Shown here in pieces: positions 15,135-29,423 of a stretch of DNA of 64,000 bases. The DNA lies in NCBI GenBank assembly GCA_012026655.1, contig JAAILG010000098.1, forward strand, positions 62,001-126,000, in the 5' to 3' direction. Position 1 is the first letter of the stretch, and each line of letters starts with the position of its first letter. The notes below the pieces were generated by a model. It saw only the letters and a list, made by a program, of their open reading frames with translations. It was not told the origin of the DNA and searched no databases. The position numbers and the translations under genes were made by a program. Source of the stretch: Hydrolagus affinis (Eukaryota).

Positions 15135-16099
15135 TAAGTAATGTACTAACCAAATGCTTTCCAGAAGTTCTACCCTTATTTCTAGCTCTGCAATTAAATA
15201 ACAAGTGAGGAATTGTAATAAAAACTCTGAATGATTCCAAATAAATTGGATGTAGATTCAGGGAGAATGCTGATTTCATTTGTGAATATAGAAAGCTTGT
15301 TGCAGGAATATGAATTACAGTATGCTCTGCAATTTGAATAAATCACAAGGAAAGTATTATTGATGAGATTAGTGAAATGTTAGAAATCCTTGATTTGATG
15401 TGTCTCATTTTAGTTAATGTTCTTATAAATTGTAAAGCCCAATGTATCTAATCCTCTGCGGTTTTCACATCTTGGAAGACATTATCAAGCTAGATGCTCT
15501 TATCACAGTGGACTTTAACAACAGGGCTTGTGCTGAGATATTGTTGGTATACTGACCTCTGAAGGACAAGATGACATTGCTTAGGGGCAAGCCTGTGTTG
15601 AGACTTCCAGTTCAATGGTCTTTTGTCTCTTTCTCCACAAAATTGGAAGTGCAAACCTGATTTTCTTTTAAAACTATGTTTTGTTGGTGACTGGAAAGAA
15701 GTATTATGTTTGTGCACTTCAGTGTGCATTTATGAAGCTATCACATTCCCCCTCAATTCTTGTACAGTGAATGGCCAGTGTACCCACTATTTCCTCTTAG
15801 TTTCCTTACCAAAGGTGAGCAGTAGCTCACTTGCAAAGGGATGAGAATTGTTAACAAAACAATGCATTAAGATATTTTCATTTTGATTCAGGATAGTTTT
15901 TTTTAGATTATTTGAAGATTTTCCTACTGCTTTTGCATTCTAATTGTGTTGGACTGAGATACACAAAGTATTCACTTTGGAATGAAGCATCAAATTTAAC
16001 CTAACTCCTCAGAATCATAGAGATGATCATTTAAATGTTTAGCCAGTGAACTACTATCTTGAATAAAAATGGAGGATGGTAGGGTAGACCCCAGGTAGA

Positions 16100-16272
16100 C
16101 CCTCTTTTTTGACCGTGCCTTGAGCTGCCCTCCTACCTCTCTGTCCTCCCTCATTCTAACCCTGCCTCCCCTCACCCCATGCTCAGGTCTGACTCCTGAC
16201 TGTACAGCTTCTTAGGACGTTCTTCCGACATGAAAGGCACTCTAAAATGTAGTTTTGCTGCTGTTGCTGTTG
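16100..16272 (+). mobile_element. L2-type LINE 3' end
   Basis: cttaggacgttcttccgacatgaaaggcactctaaaatgtagttttgctgctgttg; this tail recurs near 19600, 36965, 40125, 51995 and 63840. Confidence 0.65.
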
Positions 16273-19200
16273 ACTAGAAGGTTAGACTGTTGCCCTTTCG
16301 CATTTGGGATCTGAGTTCAGATCTAACTTTGATGCATTCCAACTTTTTATCTGCCCTCCAGCACTATCTCTCTCTGTTGTGTATGCTCTTGCTCTCTCTC
16401 TCTCACACACACAAAGTAGGTTGGCTAATCTCGAACAATTTTGTATTGGATACAGAGCTGCTCACAATTAAGCACATATGGGTAATATAGTACACTGGTT
16501 TCATGGATGACTGGGCTGAGAAGTGGAGCTCTTAATCTGTTTGGTGGTTGACACATTCCCAGGGCAAAGTAACAAGAGCTTTGCAGTTCATTTCCACTGA
16601 TTTGCTTGCACTCAAGTTACACCTGCAGACAAGTAAAAGAGGACAAAAAACATGGTATGAATTTATTTCCTCTATTGGGTGAAACTCTTGCAGTGATATT
16701 GGCTCCAAATCCAGCTGCATCCAAATCAGGCTTGTATAAATATTCCCCAATTAAGTCATTTAACTGGTGAGATTTTCCCCATCGTTCCTTGTATATCAGT
16801 GTAAGATGTGGGCAGGCAATTCAATATTCTTAAGTGTATGCACAGGGTCAGGGCAAAGGCGAGCGTAAACATTGGTGGGGAATCAAAATCAATTGAGCTT
16901 AACAAATCAGAATTGAATGATTCTCCCAGTGAAAGCGGAGTATTTAAAAGCACTAAGCCTTCTGGATGGTAATTATAGTTCAGATATCTGATTTACCCCA
17001 GGGATATGCTGATTACTTTATTACCAGAGCAATATTCATCACCAAACAACAGTCGTCTTGTCATGGTAATGGCTGCTTATGAAAGTCACATCATCTGATC
17101 TCGTGGGGTTAATGAGATTTAAACAAGGAGGGGCTGTTATTGTCGGTTAACGATGCAGTGCTTCAAGGAAGTAATGATCAATGGATCCAGATGGTTCTAA
17201 TGAGATTTAGAAATCGCCTAAAAATCTTCGTTTGACACATAGGTTTTGCCTAGAGACTCAATTATTCTGTTTTCTGGTTCAAATTAAAAGGGCTCATTAT
17301 TCATACACTCTCTTGTCCTTGCTTGTGTGAGATGGATAACTCCCATCCTATTCTGTTTAATTAAGCCCTATGATAATCAATATACCGTATTGTGTATCAT
17401 TGTGCAAATTAATCCATGTTAACATTACAGTAAATACAGATGTTTTATGAAAAAATGTTGTGAGGGAGTATGGTATAATTAAATAGATGAGAAGTTTCTA
17501 AATGTAAATGCTGCAGCTGATTACCATCAAAATGCCACGGTCTCAATGATTTCTATTCCATGTGGGAATGTATGCCAGGTCCCGTTACAAAGTCTACAGT
17601 TAAATGACCTGCTTGAAATTCTGGAGGGCGCATTTAAGGTTATTTCTCAGCAGATTGTTTAAGTCATTGCAGAACAAATGTTAAAAATCCCATCAGTCCT
17701 AAGAAGCCGAGTAAAATCTTTACAATCCGAGATTGTGGAGGAGATTTTGATAGAGATATTGACTTTGAATTGATGCTGGTTATTCAGTGAAAGATATTAG
17801 TACAGTGTATTAAGAGTTAGTGGTTCAGGTGTGTATTATGCACACATTGTACATTGTACTGTGAGATTTTATTCAATTTCAGTGAGCACTGACATCACAA
17901 ATGTTTAGTGTTTTATGTCATTGCTGACTACTCCATTTTATTAATTACCTTGATATTGTATTGAAATATTTAGACAGTCAATGATTGTTCCAATCTCAAG
18001 ATGACTGATAATTATTTTGTCTAATTGATCAGAATTATCATTCACTCAAAACATTTCAGATATTGATCCAATCTTATTTGGATTCCTCTTCTACTTATTA
18101 CATATCCCACAGCCAAACATTTCAAACATTAGTTTTGAGACATAAACTTTATAATGATTAATAATGATTAAACGACTGATAAAAATTGTTTTATGAATTT
18201 TTAAAGTAAATATGCTGCAGTAACTTCTTTATAAGAGAGCAAAGTGATGAACGGCAGGGCCAGAGCTGGAAACATTTGCTTTCTTGACATTTTAGATGTG
18301 TTAATTGACACCAACATGTAAATATACACAGAGAGAAATAATATGGCTAATTATTCTATATTTTTATTAATTCACTCGGGGATAAAGTTGAAATTCTATG
18401 GAATATGCATTCATAATTGTTAATATTTTACAGCAAAAATGCTCCCAGCAGGTGAGCTGATTTATAGCAGACTAACTAGTACAGTTTGCAGTTTCAAATC
18501 CAGCGGGTGAACATTCTTTACAAGTGTGTTTGTGCATGCATTGAGCTGTAATGAAATGAAAAGTTGGCAGTGTATTTGACTAGTGAGTTGTGTTTTTGCA
18601 GACCAGAAGTGAGGCCTCATGCCCTTTTGATACTGTGAATGATAAAACAGAGCATGCCAAGAGTTCTAGCACTGTCAGGTTTATAACCACCAGTAGAAAT
18701 AATGCGGACTGACCATAGTGCTGATTCCACATGAAATTAGAATTGTTCAGGATCCACATACACCAAGCACTGTGATATAAATAGCGTGTTTCCCAACATC
18801 CTTCCTAATATAGTTGCTTCTCCTTCAGCACATTGGTACCTGAACTGTGTTCAGAAAAATGTTCCGCTCAGTTCTTTCTGTAACACATAAAAACTGCCAT
18901 GAAAAGTTTCACTTGTGAACTGTGACGTTGGTGTGGTTCCCAAACACACTTTGTTCCCCTCCCACCAAATCACAGAAGGCACAACTCTGATCGTTTCTAG
19001 ATTGGAGAGATATTTGAGACCATCACATTATCCTGGTTTCTTAATGCTTCTCCAGATGGACAGCTTTGTACTCATGATTATTATTCCTCTACACTTTCAT
19101 CCTTTCACATGAGCTAGGTTTTGTTTAAGTGTAATTGTTTGTGAAGTCAGAATAATCTGCTGGCATCCATAACCTTGTCCTGCAATTGTTGTATCAGCAA

Positions 19201-20090
19201 AACTCATTCCAGTTGGCTAACTACTTAATGTTAGGTGACACCGTGCTTTCCATTTGATAATGTTTAATTGTAGACACTTTTGATTACATTGGAGCTTAAA
19301 CTCTTGGCTTCTCCTCACGGTGGTTTGTATGTGTCTGGAATCTAATTAATGAAAAACTATTGCTTTAACACATTGTTTGGCCTTGGATTGGATCCAGGAC
19401 ACTTATTGCACGTGTAAAAAGAAACAGAATGTAAATGCTTTTTATAGCATGTGATCAAACACCAGCGGAAACAAATCCAAAATGACAGGGTGATAACACA
19501 AAGCAGCCTCAACTGTTCTTTGAACCATGCATCATCTTCCCCCATCCCCCCAGCCCTGCACCACCTTATTTCCCCCATCAGCTCGTTAAGATGTCACTTT
19601 AAGATGTCCTCCTGATCTGAAAAGTGCTATAAAATGTAAGTTGTTGTAGTAAGTGCTCTGGGACCCTGTGTGCGAGGGCGTGACCTCCTGTAGCCCCATT
19701 GTCAGGGTACAGGTGAGCTTGGCGAGTTATATTATTTTGGCGGATTTCCAGACTCTTCGAGCTTTGTGTCAGTGTCCAGTCCCTCCCTCTCGCATCCGAG
19801 GAGGCCGCACAATTTCTGTTACAGAAACCATGAATTTTTATTGGCCACAATCTAGTATGGGTCAGTTCTTCATGTATAGTTTTTTTTAATCAATAAAGTG
19901 AAAAAATGAATGTTTGCAGTAAAATATACCTCAATAGCACTAATCAACTCTTTCCCCACCACACAATCACACAATGCTGTGAATTGTCATAAAATGGTAA
20001 AGCACTTGTCTTGATTATGAGATGGCTTTAGCCATTGTACAGAGAAAGAGAGAACCACAATCAATAACTGGCACTTTGTCTCACAAACAG

Positions 20091-20159
20091 GTTGTGCTAT
20101 GTGAAGCTGAAGCTGCTGCTGATAGCCATAGAGTACAAATCAGACAAAAGGGAGAGCAG
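20091..20159 (+). CDS. KCNMA1: KCNMA1 constitutive exon (69 nt): LCYVKLKLLLIAIEYKSDKRES(S/R)
   Basis: Acceptor tcacaaacag, donor gtgagt at 20160; phase 2 to 2. Matches Slo1 [23 protein letters not shown]. Confidence 0.96.
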
Positions 20160-20469
20160 GTGAGTGTTCCAGCATTTGTTGTGAATCATTAATACTTAAC
20201 TGCTAATTGCTCACTGGATCTTTCCAATCAAGGAGTTTGGTAAAATGTTGACTCCTAATACCCAGTACAGTACTATGGTTACTATGCAGCAAGCATTTTT
20301 AACATTATTTCACAGTGGCATCTCAGTTCTTATCTATAGCGTTAACTGGAGAAGGTGAAGCAGGGAACAGGAAATCTTATAATGCACACGATACAGTTAT
20401 CGTAATCGTGTGGTGTTTCACGCGATTTAGTTTATCAAGCTAATATGAAAAAAAATCCCAACTGATGAT

Positions 20470-20745
20470 TTTTATGTCCTCCCACCACCGCCCATTGATG
20501 GGCAGGATACTGGAGAAACTCCATTCTCTTTTTGAATGTTGCCATGGGATCCTTAACATCCTAAATAGGCAGACGTGATCCCGGTTTAATGTCTCATTCG
20601 AAGGATGGCACATCAAACAATGCAATACACCCCCAGCACTACATTGAAGTATCACCTTAGAATATGTGATTCCAAGACCCAGCATGGAGCTTGAACTCAC
20701 AACCTTCTGACTCAAGTGAGAATGCTACCACTGAGCCAGGCTGAC
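20470..20745 (-). mobile_element. Deu-domain SINE (SacSINE/AmnSINE-like) with tRNA-like head
   Basis: Core cggtttaatgtctcattcgaaggatggcacatcaaacaatgcaatac..cagcactacattg and head cttgaactcacaaccttctgactc...gctaccactgagcc. Confidence 0.7.
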
Positions 20746-20772
20746 ACACAATGCGCATGTGCTTCCAAATAA

Positions 20773-21090
20773 CATAATAATAATCCTTGCATTTGATATA
20801 GTGTTTTTCATGTTTTCTAGACGTCTCAAAGCGCTTCACAGAATATAATGTAAAGTGAATTGACTGTATATTTATGGGCGAAACGCGGCAGCCAATTGCG
20901 CACAGTAGTGTCCCACAAACAGTCGAGGATTGAAACGACCAATTTATTATAGTTTTTTTTTGGACAGATTATTATTTGGCATGTGGAGTAAGGAAACTTG
21001 CCCAAGGTTTCACCCTGACCTGCCTGGATTTGAAACACAGGTCTGACGCTTATAAGCCGAGTGCTCTAACCACTGAGCTACATGACTCCA
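20773..21090 (-). mobile_element. Near full-length tRNA-headed SINE
   Basis: Reverse-strand head ggagtcatgtagctcagtggttagagcactcgg...tttcaaatcc...gaaaccttgggcaagtttcc, running to a (TTA)n tail. Confidence 0.85.
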
Positions 21091-22054
21091 CAAACATCGG
21101 GGAGAGTTTAAATGGAAACAAAGAGGCAAATATTTTGCTTTGTATGCCAGGGTTCATTATAGATTCTGCTACTTTGAAATGTGCAGTGAGTGAATGATGC
21201 TGATTAAAAGCCCTTTCTAAATATAGCCTCTTAATGGAAACAGGCTTTATGTCAACCAAAGTATTCCTTTATCAATTCATTCCCATTTAGTAAGTAAGCT
21301 ATTGATCATGTACTGATCCTAATTGTCAGTAACGTGTTCAAGAACTAGAGCCATTGACCCGTCTCTGACACTAGGCTTGCAGTAGTTGAGGAAAGTAGCC
21401 TATGAGCTTCTTTGGATCTGTTGAATAGCAATAGCACAATCGGTTGAAACGATCACGCTGGTTAGACTTAATCGCACCTGAAAAACCTTCACTGACCTCA
21501 AAGGAAGTTTAACCACGTGCAAACAAAAGCCATTCCTTCCATTTGCAAGTCTGCTCATGCAGACTGAGAATCACCACTATGTAGCATTTGCTACATCAGC
21601 TGACATTTAATCCCACTTTTAGCAAAATGATCTGGTGAAAAAGCATTTAAACAATAAGCACAAGATGACTACAGGCATAGTCTTGGTTGTGTCAAATGAG
21701 CATCCAGTGAAAGTGACGAAGGTATGCTGGAGGAAGGAGATGGGTGGGACAGATTGCTTATCTTCTATGGTCAAAGCTAGCAATACCATTAACTGTTGGC
21801 TTTCTGAAGCACATTTCACAGTAAGTCCCTGATGTAAGGTTCACAGGTCTATAGAAGAACACCTTGTATTATAATGGGTTGAGTTACAGTGGGGCTGGCA
21901 GTCAAATTTCCATGTCATCAGGTCGCCATTGAGTCTTTGACAAACGCTAAATGCTGTGGCAAAGTGAAAAATCTAATTAATAATTGTTGAATGCAGAAAG
22001 CTGGCTGTTCAGTTGCGTTCCCAGTGAGGTTGCTTGTCAGGAGGCATTCTGCAC

Positions 22055-22450
22055 AATAACAACAAGAAAATTACACTTGGATAGCACCTTTCACATTGGG
22101 AGGAACGGTGGAACCACAGGCACCTGTGTGCCTTGCACAGAAAGCTGGCTTGTCAGAATCGGAAGCTGGAAATATTCTGCATGTTTGGTCTGAAGGTCCA
22201 GAGTATGGGGGCAGAGAGGCTGAAAGCCCGGCCACCGATGGTAGAGCGGGTCGGGCGGGAGACGTGGAGTAGACCAGAGCCTGCTGAACGGAGGGGGCGG
22301 GCAGGTTGATAGGGAATCAGTCGGTCCGAGAGGTAAGAAGGGGCAAGGCCCTTAAAGTGAGGACGAGGATCTTGAATTCAATTCTCTGGGTGGGGGGAAG
22401 GGAATAGGAAGACAATGGAGCCGAGCGAAGGTGGGAGTGATGTGGTCACG
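22055..22450 (-). mobile_element. L2-type LINE 3' fragment
   Basis: Reverse complement contains agaattgaattcaagatcctcgtcctcac (RIEFKILVL), catcggtggccgggctttcagcctctctgccccc (IGGRAFSLSAP) and the (TTG)n tail. Confidence 0.8.
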
Positions 22451-22977
22451 GAGCTTAGTTTAGCTTTTCATGTGACAAACGGCACCTCTGACACTGTAGC
22501 ACGATGATAATTTCTGACAAAGTCTGACAATTTCAAAAACAGGAATCACGAAAGATTCATAAATACTGAATTCAACCTATAATTTGATGCATATCACACC
22601 AGCCCACCGACACTGCACCGTGACAGATCTTGAAGTATATCATATATTCATGTACTGTATAATGTTTTCATATTTCACGACAATATATAACGACGATGTG
22701 GACTAGAATTCCAACTCTCCCCTTCATCCCTGTCCTTCACAGTATTGTGTGCTTACCATGAAAAATAATACAACATTCAAGCAAACCCTATGTGTTCTCA
22801 TCTGCAATGCTTTGATCTTGTGTTTTTTTTGCTTATATTGGTGTTTAGAATGAGAAAAGTGTTGTCTTGTTTTTTTGTCAAGAAAAAGATTTTCTCACTC
22901 TGCTTTGTTTTTTGTTGTTGCCACCTGTTTGTTTCTACCAAAGTGTTTGATTTTAAATGTTCTCTTGTTCTTTGCAG

Positions 22978-22989
22978 AACTAGAAAGCG
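22978..22989 (+). CDS. KCNMA1: KCNMA1 site-1 alternative 12-nt microexon, equivalent of the SRKR insert (gives RES-R-TRKR-ILINPG)
   Basis: Sequence tctcttgttctttgcag|AACTAGAAAGCG|gtatgc with a long U-rich tract upstream; frame-preserving, phase 2; sits where the known SRKR insert lies. Confidence 0.9.
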
Positions 22990-23970
22990 GTATGCCCTCT
23001 TCATTCACTCACCTGCAAACAAACCTCAACCCTACCTTCCTTCAACTCTTCCTTCTGATTTCTAACCCAATTCCTATAAAGCTAATTCTTTGTTTTTCAT
23101 CAAGTCAGGAGTATCATATAAATTTTTCTCCATTTAAAAAAAATCCATGCAAAAAAGCATTTCCTTTCTTTACTACCAAAGCAATAATTTCCTTTGTGGT
23201 AAAAATCTACCAATCCACAGCAGTGTCTTATGGTTTTTTTCCTTGTCCTAGCACAGATTGTGATCATTCTTGCTTCATAAAATGTTTGTACTTTACTCCT
23301 CCCCTTTATTAATAATCCTCACCTCCATTAATCGTTTAATGTAAATGTCCATTGCAGCTCATGTGCTGCCTTCGTGTTACTCGTCAGTGTCTAACTGATG
23401 TAGTTTTCCATTATCTTCTTTTAAAGTACACCTCAAGTTGCCCATAATTTTGCAAAATCAGGAATATTTGAAAATCTTGCTAACTAACGAGCCAGTATTT
23501 ATTTTCTGTCTGATTTATACCGATAGTTTTTGAGAAACATTGAGAGTAACAGATCACATTTCATGCTTCATATCGATTTACCTCAAGTTTATTTAAAAAT
23601 CATTGGCTATATTGTGGAATTTTATTTGACATTTCCTTGAAGTTTTTTTATTGCATTAGCATGCTTGTCAACGATTTATTCTGTTCACGTCAAAGATCAC
23701 CACTTGCCCTGTTTGCTGCTTGACACTGAGTGAAAAACATCATACGTGAAACAAAATATTTTTGGTGTTCCTTTATACGGACACCTGTTTGCTATTTACT
23801 TTCATTTTTTCAGACCAGGTTATCCCTTTCTTTTCTCTCTTCATTGAATTGCTCTCACACTCCTTCCCCACACCCACATTTTGCTACTTTGTACCTGTGC
23901 TTCCTTTTACCTTTTGCTTTGTGTCTGTCCCTCACCTCCTTGCTTTGTGTGCCTCCTGTGTTACGTGCAG

Positions 23971-23990
23971 TGGCTATATTTACAACAAAA
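23971..23990 (+). other. Candidate 20-nt frameshifting (poison) microexon
   Basis: About 100 nt of pyrimidine tract, then ttacgtgcag|TGGCTATATTTACAACAAAA|gtaagt (consensus donor); TGCATG at 24125. No transcript evidence. Confidence 0.4.
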
Positions 23991-26244
23991 GTAAGTTACT
24001 TCCTGTCAGTATTGTATTGAATGATACAACTGCAGCGAAGTTACTGCAGTGCCTCCTACCTATTCTGTGGTGGCTATGCTTCTACTTTTGGAGTTTTTCC
24101 TTATGTGAAGTAGTTTGTTGTGGATGCATGCAATCGTAATTCACAGCCTGAAAGACTACCAGATAAACTTGCTTCTGGAATTTCCACTTAATTTTACATC
24201 ATTTAACCACAAATCCACTAAGGTATAAATATGGGACAGTAAAAGGCAGTCTCTATAAATAATCAATTTCTCATAATAATAATAGGTTTAATGTCTGCAG
24301 AGACCTGTTCTCCCATTGGCTGTGTGTTAATCCCTGAACACTGGCAGATTCTAGGAAAAACTGAATTACGCTGACAGTTTTTATAAAATCACTTGATTTG
24401 AATGATGGACCACAAAGGAGCTTCCATCCTCAATCCATATAGAATCATCTGATCTTATCTGAGATGACAGTGAGGAGGAGGGACTGACCTTTTAAGTAAC
24501 ACTTCTGTCTATCCAAGATGCTTTGAATTATTAAACGACACCTGTACCATTGTAGTAGAAATTGTAACAGGTACACTTTACCTACATTAAACAGAGTAGG
24601 ACATGTTGAATAAGCTAGATAATCGAGAGCAGCACACTTAATTTTGCTTTCCTTCAATTAATTCATTAATTAGGACAAATGATGATAACTGCAAATTGCT
24701 GCATTTCCAATGAAATTCTGAAACTTGCCTGAATGAATATATGCCACTGGATTGGTAATTTGTGGCTATGCATTAACTTAATTTCAAATAAATCACCATT
24801 TTGTGAAAGCAACACAATAGTAAATTGCTATTTGATCATTGCAGAAATGCAGTGAAATGTACATTCTTCAGTTTCTTCAGTTGGTGCAATAATATTTTGT
24901 CTGAATACAATCAATCACCATTATATTTGGAAGCAATACTGAAGTAGAGGTACGTAACCAATGAAAGGCCTCTATTCTCGACCAGTACAAGTAATGACCT
25001 TAAAAGCCATGAAGAGCAAGAAGTTAAATCCTGGAAGCAATTTTACTCTTTCTTTTGAACATGCCATGTCATGTCCCAAGTGCGTTTTTCTTTTCTGTCC
25101 TCTTTTTGAGCAGAAAACTGAATATCTTGTCCAACTACAAGTATTGGGAGTGCCCAGAAGAATGAGCTGGATGTTTATTCTGAACAGTTGGGGTTATTGC
25201 ATGATTTCAGTCTGCAATCTGATGCCATACTCAAGCATTGTGAAACTCGTCAGTGTATCAGCCATCTCTTTCCTTTGGGCCAGGTTAACAAAGCTAACGT
25301 ATAGATAGCTGTGCTGTGTACTAGTTATAATCTAGATTTTTATTACCTTTTACATTTTGTGCCTTGTACTTTAAGCTATGTACCATTATGTACATAGCTT
25401 AAACAGTATTAATGAATTACGTTGCAAATAACTTTTCAATCACTGGGGAATTGTACAGGCTACGGTAATTGATTTTTACCATGATGTTTACTCCAGTCTT
25501 GAAAAGAAACATCAGATAACAGATCTGATAGAAGTCTATAAAATGTTGAATAAGTTGAAGAAAGTAAACATCCCAACATTGTTTTCTTTCCTGTGACAAG
25601 TGAGCAGGCAGGATAGGAGAAAACACATTCATAGTTGTGAAGGGCAAGTTGAGAACAGACACCAGGAAATATATGTAAAATATTCCCGTACACTCCTTGT
25701 GGATAGCTCAGAAACAACCTGCCTGAGGGCAAGAGATCACCGATCTTCTCAGTTGGGAAATGTATCATGTTATGGGGAGTGAGCACGCTCAATACATGAA
25801 GGAGGTAATTTGGGTCCCATTGAGTTGGAAAGTGTGTTTTGGAGGGATATAATGGCAAAGCTACAGGAATAAGCAGCTTCAGAACTATAATCTTTACCTG
25901 AATTAGAAACAGTATTTAGTTTGGAGTTACCAACATCCAGAAAAAGGATTTTACTTTTCTTCTGCTTTGTTATCAGAAAGCTATAGAATTGGGGGAAGTG
26001 AGTTAGAACTTATTTTGGGAGATGCTGTCAAGCAGATGGTATTTTGCTACCCATGTATCTAAATATTAACATAGTACAATAGTCCACTTCATTTTAGGCA
26101 TCAATTGAATCATTCACCATCATCTGTGCAGTGTATTCAGCCATTGAACTTTATCAGGAGTTAGTGCAATCCATACAAAAGTGACTTACATTGCAGTAAA
26201 GATGCTTGTACCAGTCCCCTTTGATTATTACATGATCAAGATGA

Positions 26245-26391
<147 letters not shown>

Positions 26392-27063
26392 TAGGTGCTC
26401 CCTCTGATAAGAGAAATTCTCGTCTACTTTCACTTAATTGTTTCATGTGCTAAATGCGGTGAATAAAATCTGCCCTTTTGGTTATGGGTGAGGGGTAGAG
26501 CTTTCATGCACTGTTATCCAAACTTGTATGAGAATGAATCCCAGTCATTGCTATTAATCCAGTGATTGAACAATAAAAATCTTTAAACTATTTTCTGAAA
26601 AGGTCTTGCAGTGATAGCAACTCTTTAAACATTATAGCCGCTCAATGAAAGATTATGAGGTGTGGGACCAAGTTTTGGACTCTCAGCTGGAAGGCTGAGA
26701 TCCAATACCAATTTTGAGCACCAAAGCCACAATTACTACTTGGCACTAAATTGTCACTACAAGGACAGCTGGGGTGGGGAATGGAAATTCTTAATCAGTG
26801 CATTAGGCCATGTTACGAGTTTTGGTCAAACATTGTGGCTGTTGGAGACGATGATAAAGCGATAACCATTACCCGATGAACACATTTCAGGAAACCAGTT
26901 TTGAAACATTGTTGTCATTGCATTGTAAGGTTCGACAAAAAAAAAAGGTTGGATTAGCTGCAGAAAATATTGAGATGGGGGATATTATACAGATCTTGAA
27001 AAGGTCTCTTGCTGAGAGGTGCGGAAAATGTGACAGGAGAAGGTTATTTAACTTGCACTGTAA

Positions 27064-27267
<204 letters not shown>

Positions 27268-28199
27268 TAATTCTCTTATTTTCTTACCTGGAGTCAATTT
27301 GCTACTGTGCCTGAATGTGTTAAAATTAGCAAGATTTTGCAGATATTGCTGGGGTAACTTGTCTGTTGTGCAATGGTTGTTTTTTTTTACCAGTTTGTCA
27401 CTTAAGATGAGAGATAAAATAGAGCAGTTAAAACTCCATTTAGCTACCCATTAGATATTAGATATACAGAGTACACTATAAATGATCAGTATTTAAAAGC
27501 AGCAGGCTTTTATTTTAAACAGTTTTGAAGTGTACAGGTGCACATTTTATTGCATCTCCACCATTAATTATAGCCCTCATTTGGCCGGGGTTTGTTTCAG
27601 CAGCCATAAAAAAATGTTATAGACAATAAACCTTTCGTTCTTGATGTGAAAGGAGGTCAGTGCATTTGAAAAGTCAACTCTTACTAATTATTGAAAGGCA
27701 AGCCTTTATATGTTGTAAAAGCAACGTCGTTTTTATCCTCTCCTTAAGATAATTGTCAAACGAAAATATTTTGAAATAAAATGGCTCTTTATTTACAGTT
27801 GATCCATAACCAATTCTTTAAATAGAGGCTCTTTCTCTGATCTTGAGGTGTTTTCTTCTCCTGCCACAAAATATGCAGCTGATTGGGAGAGCAAAGCAGT
27901 AAACCCGGTTACACAGTCTCTGCTAATGCCGCTCAAAAGTTAATCCTAGAAAATTCTCAAAGGTAGCCCTGGGCAGAGACTTTCTCACCCAATGGCATAG
28001 TTGTCACCTGCCCTCTCAGTACACTGAAAGCCAAAATCACCGCCCCACCCCAAAAAAAGCAGTGGCCGCCTACTCTAACCTACTTGAATAAATATTTAAA
28101 AAATCAAGTAAATGGGAGTAACATTTCATTGGGTTCTTTTCAGAGATGCCTTGATCTGATGTAATGGCAAAGCAGACATTTTCAGATTAATACAATCCC

Positions 28200-28341
28200 A
28201 TCACTGCTGTGTGCAATTGCATGCTGGTTTCTCCCCACAAAATATGCAGTCACTACACTTTACAGTGTATCATGTGAAGCACTTTGAGACGTTTTGAAGA
28301 CTTGATAAGGTGCCACATTAAATGCAAGAATTATTATTATT
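28200..28341 (+). mobile_element. SINE 3' portion
   Basis: Reverse-complement match to about 20773-20910, ending in attattattatt. Confidence 0.8.
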
Positions 28342-29414
28342 ACTGTAAACAAGGAATCTGAGAAAATTAATGGATATTGAGCACCAAAGTGATTAGACGA
28401 CTAACACATCACCTCCCCCCTACCCCCCACCCCCAAAAAATATATAAAAGGTTTGTGGAGAAGAACAACGTTTCAAAAACGAGGAGATCAAATTTGAGTC
28501 TATTAATGATGTGATGTGGAACAGATGTATAAATAAAATGACATGATTAGTGAGGCTGAAGAAGGAGCTTGTCAGAACTAAACTGCCTCTGTTTGAAAAC
28601 TCAAGAGATAATGCTCCAAGTCAGCTGGAAAAACAAAGACAAACCCTTGCCAAATGTATTGTATTTTGCAGCCCATAATGGTGGATCATACAATATGCAA
28701 TACATAAGTACCAGGAAGATGTGGATGATTTTTAAAAAAAAAATACACACATCATAGGATCTGCTGTCGCACTTGGAACCCAGTTCCAGTAGATTTATCA
28801 TTACATTGGCATTAGTCATGTCACATTGTTAACATATACCTGACCTACTTAACCACTTGTCCAAACCTGTTAGGCCCATTATTAATAATTTAAACAAAAA
28901 ACTTGGTGCATCAGCAGAGGTCAAGAATAATTAAAGTGAGTAGGCTTTATCTTTTTAAAAAGACTGCTTGAAAGCTCGACAAAAATTCATCTTAAAAGTA
29001 TCATTATTTTTTCATATTAATCTAAATTATTCAAGGACGGTACAGAATTTGCAAGTAAAGGTTCATATTAGGGGGGAAATAGCTATTTTGAATTTTAAAC
29101 AAGACCTGCCATATAAAAGAAAATGACTCAACAGAAAAACAAAATGTGTGTGTCTTATTGTTTAATATGTATATTTCTTTCATGTATGTGAACTTGGTTC
29201 CTAAACATTCACGGCTTTTTGACATGTGCCACTGTCATGATTTCTGTGAAAGGAGATAAAGAACAAAGATGTGTTTATTGTCCTGATATCAGGCACTCAA
29301 AAGTCCATGTATGAAATGATTGCAAGTATCTTTTGATGATTGACATAATTTTGATTTATTTTTCTCCTTGCTGCCTATGGAACATGAAACTGTAATTTAA
29401 CTGCACACTGATAG

Positions 29415-29423
29415 TGATCTATT
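29415..29423 (+). CDS. KCNMA1: KCNMA1 site-2 9-nt IYF microexon
   Basis: Sequence ctgcacactgatag|TGATCTATT|gtgagt. C+TG ATC TAT T+TT reads L-I-Y-F; when joined to STREX it reads LIYS. TGCATG at 29502. Confidence 0.9.

Noticed and set aside
23814-23990. 177-nt in-frame version of the site-1 candidate exon from the upstream ttttcag acceptor
   Set aside because: Contains an in-frame TGA after 11 codons in the required phase; the 5-nt accag|gttatc option has a poor donor.
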